Source: Patescibacteria group bacterium
GTDB lineage: Bacteria > Patescibacteriota > Microgenomatia > UBA1400 > PJMF01
Direction of reading: 5' to 3'
Length of the DNA: 64,000 bases
NCBI GenBank assembly: GCA_049322575.1
Contig: JBMORQ010000027.1
Location: forward strand, 9,092 to 73,091
Under the pieces are notes generated by a model. The model searched no databases, was not told where the DNA came from, and saw nothing but the letters and a program-made list of their open reading frames with translations. Both the position numbers and the translations under genes were made by a program. Shown piece after piece: positions 58,414 to 64,000 of the stretch. Position 1 is the first letter of the stretch. Each line of letters starts with the position of its first letter.

Positions 58414-60321
58414 ATGAACACTGGTTTCTTTAAGAAATGTTTGATTCTTTTGATAGGTCTTCTCGCTCCTTTTACTAGCCAACCAATCCGTGCTGAAACG
58501 AAACATTTTGAGAGCTATCTAAACACTACATACTCGGTTAATGAAGATGGCTCAACATATGTTGAACATAATTTCCAAATCAAGAACTTAACACCAACTT
58601 TCTTTGTCAACAAATACGGTCTTCAATTAAGTTCTGGAAATATCGCTGATGTTCGTGTCACCAACGGCAATCAAGCTATTGATGCTGAAGTTGTTAACAC
58701 GGACAACAAAACAACTGTTGGCATTACTTTCCCAGACAAGGTTGTTGGTGAAGGGAAAATAAGACGCTTTACCATAAGTTACAAAAATGAGGATATTTCT
58801 CAAGTTTCTGGCCAAGTATTAGAAGTCAGCATCCCAAAATTAAACGATCCCACTGCTTACGATAAGTATGGTGTGACTCTAATCACTCCTTTGAAATTCG
58901 GCTATCCAAACCGTGTTACTCCTGAATCGTTTACCCAACAAATTGCCGGCAATAAGGTCGAGCTACACTTTAGTAATCTGGCCGGCCAAAGCATTTCCGC
59001 AATCTATGGTGAAAAACAAATCTTTGAACTCAAGCTTCGTTATATACTCGAAAACGATCGTAACCAACCTGTAATTAGCCAAATTACTTTACCTCCAGAT
59101 ACCTCCTTCCAAACAGTGCACTACCAAACTATCGAGCCAAAACCGCAAAAAATTGAGCTCGATAATGATGGTAATTGGATAGCCACTTACCAGTTGAACA
59201 ACAACTCCCAGGTTGAAATAAAGGCTCAAGCCAAAGTAATGCTTACGCTTGATCAAAATAAAGAAATACCTGTCTTTCTACCAACCGGAAACCACCTCAA
59301 AACCAAAGAATATTGGCCAGTTAAAAACCCCGACATCATCACTCTTGCAACTCAAAATCCCACTGCAGAGGACATCTATAATTTTACGTCCACTACACTT
59401 AGCTACACTACAGAGCCTCTATCAATTGATCTGAAACGTCTTGGTGCTCAAGCAGCAATCGAAAATCCCAGCAAGTCAACTTGCCAAGAATTCACTGATG
59501 TCTTCATAACATTGGCTAGAGCCAATGACATACCAGCTCGCCGTGCAACCGGCTTTGCCTATTCCGAAAATGAAAAGCTTCGTCCACTCAGTCTACCTGG
59601 TGACGTCCTGCATGCTTGGCCAGAATTTTTCGACCAAGAAAAGAAAGTATGGAGACCGATTGACCCCACCTGGGGAAATACAGCTGGCGGAGTAGATTAC
59701 TTCAACCAATTTGATCTAAACCACATAGTCTTCGCCTTTAATGGAGAATCAAGCGAACGACCCTACCCAGCCGGTTCATACCTGCAATCAGAGACACCCC
59801 AAAAAAACGTTGAGGTAACCTTTGCCAAAGATTTTCCAGAGACCCAAACCAAAATACTTGCCACTCTCAAGCCTCAGAAGATTGGTTTTATTGACTTTCC
59901 TGGAACATACCGTTTAGAACTGGAAAATGCTACGGGTCGCGCATGGTACAACCTTAATGTCAGTTATCGAACTGATGATCCAGAAACATTAATATCAACC
60001 CAAGAAAATCGGCAGCTCATTCTCCTGCCTTATCAAAAAATTGAAGTGCCTTTTAGGGTTTATAATAGGTCTTTGTCATCATCTTTTGACAAACAAATAC
60101 AAATCATCGTCGAAGTTGGTAAAAAAGATAGCTTAACTCATGACTTCCAAGTCAACTCAATCCCAGAATTCAACAGCCTCAACCAATATAAAGTCCTTTT
60201 CTCCCTCTTGGTCTCAGGAAGTATCATCGGCGCCCTTACAACCGGGAGTCTACTCGTTTTTAGACGCAGAAAACAAAATTCTCTACGTGGGAAAAGCCAA
60301 AAAACTGAGGAATCGACTTAG
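58414..60321 (+). CDS. Extracellular transglutaminase-like protein with signal peptide and C-terminal TM anchor
   Basis: Triad TCQEFTD / LHAWPE / IDPTWG; IPARRATG; N-terminal signal, C-terminal hydrophobic helix + RRRK. Confidence 0.85.
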   Translation: MNTGFFKKCLILLIGLLAPFTSQPIRAETKHFESYLNTTYSVNEDGSTYVEHNFQIKNLTPTFFVNKYGLQLSSGNIADVRVTNGNQAIDAEVVNTDNKTTVGITFPDKVVGEGKIRRFTISYKNEDISQVSGQVLEVSIPKLNDPTAYDKYGVTLITPLKFGYPNRVTPESFTQQIAGNKVELHFSNLAGQSISAIYGEKQIFELKLRYILENDRNQPVISQITLPPDTSFQTVHYQTIEPKPQKIELDNDGNWIATYQLNNNSQVEIKAQAKVMLTLDQNKEIPVFLPTGNHLKTKEYWPVKNPDIITLATQNPTAEDIYNFTSTTLSYTTEPLSIDLKRLGAQAAIENPSKSTCQEFTDVFITLARANDIPARRATGFAYSENEKLRPLSLPGDVLHAWPEFFDQEKKVWRPIDPTWGNTAGGVDYFNQFDLNHIVFAFNGESSERPYPAGSYLQSETPQKNVEVTFAKDFPETQTKILATLKPQKIGFIDFPGTYRLELENATGRAWYNLNVSYRTDDPETLISTQENRQLILLPYQKIEVPFRVYNRSLSSSFDKQIQIIVEVGKKDSLTHDFQVNSIPEFNSLNQYKVLFSLLVSGSIIGALTTGSLLVFRRRKQNSLRGKSQKTEEST

Positions 60322-61513
60322 AAACTATCTGCAGATCAAGGATCTATCTCCTCGCATCGCGAAGATGGTTAAACTCGCTGTTAAGCTCGAATATCAGATA
60401 CTTTCCAGCGAACTTGAGTCATTGCTAGTTGAAGCAGAACTTATCCGTACTCTGCAACCTCAATTTAACGTCCTACTAAAAGACGATAAATCATCACTAT
60501 ATATAGTAGTAACAAAGGAAGAGTTCCCCAAGATAGTGAAAACTCGTAAACGAGAACTTGTCAGAAAGAATATTTCTGGGCAGGTAATTGGTCCTTTTCC
60601 TAGTAGTTATAAGTTAAATGAGGTACTAAAAATTGTCAGACCAATTTTTAAGTGGTGCGATAAGAAAACAAGAGATAACCAAGCCTGTTTCTATCACCAT
60701 CTTGATCTTTGTTCTGGTGCCTGTGTCAGACAAATCACCCCTGAGGAGTACCAAGCAAATATTAAACAATTAGTATTATTTCTGCGCGGGAAGAAAAAGC
60801 TTGTATCAAATAATCTGAGAATGATGATGAAACAAGCCGCAAAAGAAGAAAAGTTTGAATTAGCGAACAGATACAAACAGATGATTCAATTAATTGAAGA
60901 GGTAACAAATCCAGAGTTTAGACTAAAGCCCGATTTAGCCTTACCAGTTTTCCAACTTAAACAAAAAGAAATTGGTTTGATCAATCTTTCACAGATGATG
61001 GGCACATATTTAAATAATCTACCACCAAATTATCCGCTTAACAGAATCGAAGGTTATGATGTCTCCAACATTCAGGGAACCAATGCTGCCGTCTCCATGG
61101 TTGTTTTTATAAATGGTCAACCGGAAAAGAAACTTTATCGTGTCTTCAATATCAGAACACTTAAAACCCCCAACGATTTTGCCATGCTTAAGGAAGCACT
61201 AATAAGACGTCAGAACCATCCAGAGTGGGGAAAACCTGACTTGATAATCATTGATGGGGGAAAGGGTCAACTCAAATCAGCACTTGCTGCCTGGAAGTGG
61301 CCTAATCCAGTTATCAGCATTGAAAAGCATCCGGATCGGCTAATTTTTCCACGAATTACCTCCATCGAGGGCAGGAAAACCAGCGATTATTCTGTTATCA
61401 AGCTTGAAAAAGAACACCCAGCACTAAAACTGGTTGCAAATGTACGCGACGAATCCCATCGCTTTGCAAAAAAACAACACATTAGATTAAGGACTAAGAA
61501 TCTGCTATCATGA
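60140..61513 (+). CDS. uvrC: Excinuclease ABC subunit C (lacks C-terminal HhH)
   Basis: GIY-YIG PGVY...LYVGKAKKLRNR, Cys cluster, UVR, RIEGYDVSN, IIDGGKGQL, RDESHRFA. Confidence 0.93.
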   Translation: MTSKSTQSQNSTASTNIKSFSPSWSQEVSSAPLQPGVYSFLDAENKILYVGKAKKLRNRLRNYLQIKDLSPRIAKMVKLAVKLEYQILSSELESLLVEAELIRTLQPQFNVLLKDDKSSLYIVVTKEEFPKIVKTRKRELVRKNISGQVIGPFPSSYKLNEVLKIVRPIFKWCDKKTRDNQACFYHHLDLCSGACVRQITPEEYQANIKQLVLFLRGKKKLVSNNLRMMMKQAAKEEKFELANRYKQMIQLIEEVTNPEFRLKPDLALPVFQLKQKEIGLINLSQMMGTYLNNLPPNYPLNRIEGYDVSNIQGTNAAVSMVVFINGQPEKKLYRVFNIRTLKTPNDFAMLKEALIRRQNHPEWGKPDLIIIDGGKGQLKSALAAWKWPNPVISIEKHPDRLIFPRITSIEGRKTSDYSVIKLEKEHPALKLVANVRDESHRFAKKQHIRLRTKNLLS

Positions 61514-61517
61514 GGTT

Positions 61518-61874
61518 GTGAAAGCTATAATTCGAACAATTATTGCCATCGCCATCCTAGCCTGGATTTTGCCGACAGTTGATTATTTAAATTGGACAAC
61601 ACTCTTAATCGCCGGGGTGGTTTTAACCATTCTTCAAAGTGTGATTAAACCCATACTAAAATTATTTTTCTTGCCGGTCAATATTGTGACATTTGGGCTT
61701 TTTTCTTTAGTTATCAACGTGATAATAATCTGGTTGCTAACTTTTCTGGTTCCCGGAATGCGCATTGATAACATTGTGCTGTTTGGTGTACCTCTGAACA
61801 GTTTTTTCTCTTTGTTATTGGTTTCAAGTCTGATCAGCTTTCTACAATCGTTTATCAGGTTTTTTATCAAGTAA
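61518..61874 (+). CDS. YvlD-like 4-TM membrane protein (phage holin superfamily IV)
   Basis: IKPILK...LPVNIVTFGLF..VIN motif. Confidence 0.85.
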   Translation: MKAIIRTIIAIAILAWILPTVDYLNWTTLLIAGVVLTILQSVIKPILKLFFLPVNIVTFGLFSLVINVIIIWLLTFLVPGMRIDNIVLFGVPLNSFFSLLLVSSLISFLQSFIRFFIK

Positions 61875-61898
61875 CAGAAATTGATATAATAGCGAGTT

Positions 61899-62888
61899 AT
61901 GAAAAAAATTGTCATAAGCCTCTTTTCACTACTGTTGTTTGGTATTGTCCTGGGAGTTACCTCTCCAGAACGATATCAAGCTGAGGCACAAGAAACAAAC
62001 GGCTCTATAGAAATTCTTGAGGTTTTTGATCAAGATGGCAACCTATTTGACTCTGCCACTGATAGCAGCGAAGCAACTAACACCGGCAAGCTCGCCTCAG
62101 TTTCAGCAGAGGTTGAACAGAAAATTCAAGAAAAAAAGGATAAAGACATTACAGACACTAGTGGAAAGCAAAAGGGCAAATTAGCGTCATACCTTGACGA
62201 ACACCCAACCGGACCACTTTCTTGGCACAATCCTCTGCAAGTTGCCATCCGTGCCGCCATTGAAAAAGGTCTACCTGCCAATATTATTGTTCTATTACTG
62301 ATGTTTCCGATCATCGCCTCAATTATTGCCGCCTCTAGACATGTGGTTGGACTCAAAGGATTTGGTATCTATATTCCCGCCGTTTTAGCCGTTGCTTTGG
62401 TTTCAACAGGCATTCTAACCGGTCTGACGATTTTCATTGTCGTTTTAGCTGCCGCAATAGCAACCAGAACGATCATTAGAAAATTTCGCATGCCATATTT
62501 GCCAAGAACAGCCATGTTGATGTGGGGTGTATCGATTGTTACCCTGCTAGTTTTAATCGGTTCGGTTATTATGATAGAGAACTCAACCCTTCTCACTATC
62601 AGCATCTTCCCTGTGCTTATCATTATTCTTTTAACAGAAAATTTTATAGAATCTCAACAATTTAACAGCCAAAAAGAGGCCATAAAACTAACTGTGGAGA
62701 CCATTTTCTTGTCAATTCTCTGTTCCATATTCATCAGTAACGAGACGCTCCAAAAGGTTGTCATCCTGCGTCCAGAATTAACTCTACTTTTAGTTGCCTT
62801 TATCAACTATGCCATCGGCAAATACTCTGGACTAAGATTTCTAGAATACCTACGTTTTAGAGAAATTCTTAATAACAACAATGAGTAA
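61899..62888 (+). CDS. 7TM domain protein (7TM_transglut family, as fused to inactive transglutaminases)
   Basis: LLMFP, RHVVGLKGFGIYIP, PR, FPVLI....E, Y.GLR..EY.RF. Confidence 0.8.
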   Translation: MKKIVISLFSLLLFGIVLGVTSPERYQAEAQETNGSIEILEVFDQDGNLFDSATDSSEATNTGKLASVSAEVEQKIQEKKDKDITDTSGKQKGKLASYLDEHPTGPLSWHNPLQVAIRAAIEKGLPANIIVLLLMFPIIASIIAASRHVVGLKGFGIYIPAVLAVALVSTGILTGLTIFIVVLAAAIATRTIIRKFRMPYLPRTAMLMWGVSIVTLLVLIGSVIMIENSTLLTISIFPVLIIILLTENFIESQQFNSQKEAIKLTVETIFLSILCSIFISNETLQKVVILRPELTLLLVAFINYAIGKYSGLRFLEYLRFREILNNNNE

Positions 62889-64000
62889 AGCATCTGAAAT
62901 CTTGGGCATGAATGCCCGAGAGCAATTCTATTCTCGCCTTAATTCCACTCAAGCAAAGAGTGTCTGCAAATCTAAGTTGGCTACAAAACTCCTGATGCAA
63001 AGTAGAGGTATTCCTACGGCAGAGTTTTATGGCATCTTTGCCTTACCAGAGGATGTGAACGGTTTCGATTGGCAAAGCCTTCAAAAAAACTTCGTTATTA
63101 AACCAACCAACGGTCACGCAGGTAAGGGTGTAGTGGCATTTAAAACCCAACACCCAACTAAAGCAAACACTTGGATTGATGCCATTGGAAGAGAGTGGTC
63201 CCTAGATGACATCAAACTGCACTGCTACGACATTCTGGAGGGTCAATACAGTACTCATGGCTCACAGCACAACGTTATCATTGAAGAACGTATTCCCATC
63301 CATCCTAAACTACTCAAATACACCTACAAGGGCACACCTGACGTCCGTGTGGTGGTGTATAACAATGTACCAGTCATGGCAAAACTCCGCTTGCCCACTA
63401 AAGAATCGGAGGGACGTGCCAATGTAACCCAAGGCGCCATCATGACAGGCATCGACATCGCCACTGGTGTTACTACCTATGCCGTAGCCCACAAAACTCA
63501 GATGATTAAATATTTGCCAGGAACAAAAAAGAAGCTTAATGGCATACTCATCCCTCAGTGGAACAGGGCGCTAAAAATCTCGGTAGAGGCTACAATGGCT
63601 GCCAATCTTATGTACTGCGGAGTCGACCTATTTTTTCACGAAGAAAAAGGACCGATGGTTGTGGAATTGAATGCTTTTCCGGGACTTTCGATCCAAGTAG
63701 CCAACAAGGCTGGCTTACGACGCAGGCTTTCTAGGGTTGAAGATCTCAATGTACTTAACGCAGAACATGGGGTAAGAATAGGCCAGGCACTTTTCGCGGA
63801 AAGTTTTTCCGACAAAATTACCGCTGAAGATGGCCTAACTATCATTTCAGCCAACGAGACAGTGAAAATTCAAGCCGAGAATAGACGTTCTATCGAGACC
63901 TTGGCACTAATCAACACTGGCCGTTATCGATCAGCTATATCAAGCAAGCTTGCTAGCGAAATTGGCCTGATTGATGTTGACGATTTGCTCTGGTTTCAAC
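62881..64000 (+). CDS. RimK-related alpha-L-glutamate-ligase-like ATP-grasp protein fused to an aspartic-peptidase-like domain (runs off the window; absent from ORF track)
   Basis: My translation from ATG 62881: ILGMNAR, FVIKPTNGHAGKG, GTPDVRV, AKLRLPT..S.GRAN..QGA, GVD, VELNAFPGLSIQVAN..GL..RL; then ALINTGRYRSAIS. Confidence 0.88.
   Translation, partial: MSKASEILGMNAREQFYSRLNSTQAKSVCKSKLATKLLMQSRGIPTAEFYGIFALPEDVNGFDWQSLQKNFVIKPTNGHAGKGVVAFKTQHPTKANTWIDAIGREWSLDDIKLHCYDILEGQYSTHGSQHNVIIEERIPIHPKLLKYTYKGTPDVRVVVYNNVPVMAKLRLPTKESEGRANVTQGAIMTGIDIATGVTTYAVAHKTQMIKYLPGTKKKLNGILIPQWNRALKISVEATMAANLMYCGVDLFFHEEKGPMVVELNAFPGLSIQVANKAGLRRRLSRVEDLNVLNAEHGVRIGQALFAESFSDKITAEDGLTIISANETVKIQAENRRSIETLALINTGRYRSAISSKLASEIGLIDVDDLLWFQ

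Noticed and set aside
61518-61874. Holin-family gene as a sign of prophage
   Set aside because: YvlD-type proteins are common chromosomal genes and there are no phage genes nearby
4088-63854. Many 60-156 aa antisense or off-frame ORFs inside recognised genes (e.g. 4483..4953, 9659..10114, 33860..34225)
   Set aside because: No motifs or translation signals; expected shadows of real genes

Overview
Bacterial chromosome segment (genetic code 11). It looks like a reduced-genome CPR/Patescibacteria, Microgenomates-like organism; this is inferred from the archaeal/eukaryote-type ProRS, short MurE/UvrC, several GT-C proteins, tRNAs without encoded CCA and a reduced RNase P RNA. The window holds housekeeping genes (proS end, rpsU, rnpB, uppP, murE/murC, recQ, pyk, uvrBAC, five tRNAs), an alpha-glucan cluster (GT4-GH57-GH15-sugar kinase) and a ~20 kb surface-glycan region (GT-C, Wzx, Wzm/Wzt, TagF-like, Bcs1-like CDP-ribitol synthase, kinase/nucleotidyltransferase-phosphatase module). 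Best candidates for undescribed biology: (1) a divergent Elp3 + Trm9/ALKBH8-like methyltransferase pair next to tRNA-Gln(UUG), i.e. a eukaryote/archaeal-style mcm5U34 pathway in a bacterium; (2) a transglutaminase / 7TM / ATP-grasp-pseudoprotease system interleaved with uvrC, including a 182-nt dual-coding overlap; (3) a lipid-carrier sugar-modification module; (4) a ComM homologue with degenerate ATPase motifs. No CRISPR array, rRNA, transposase or integrase was seen. All protein calls come from recalled motifs, not from database searches.
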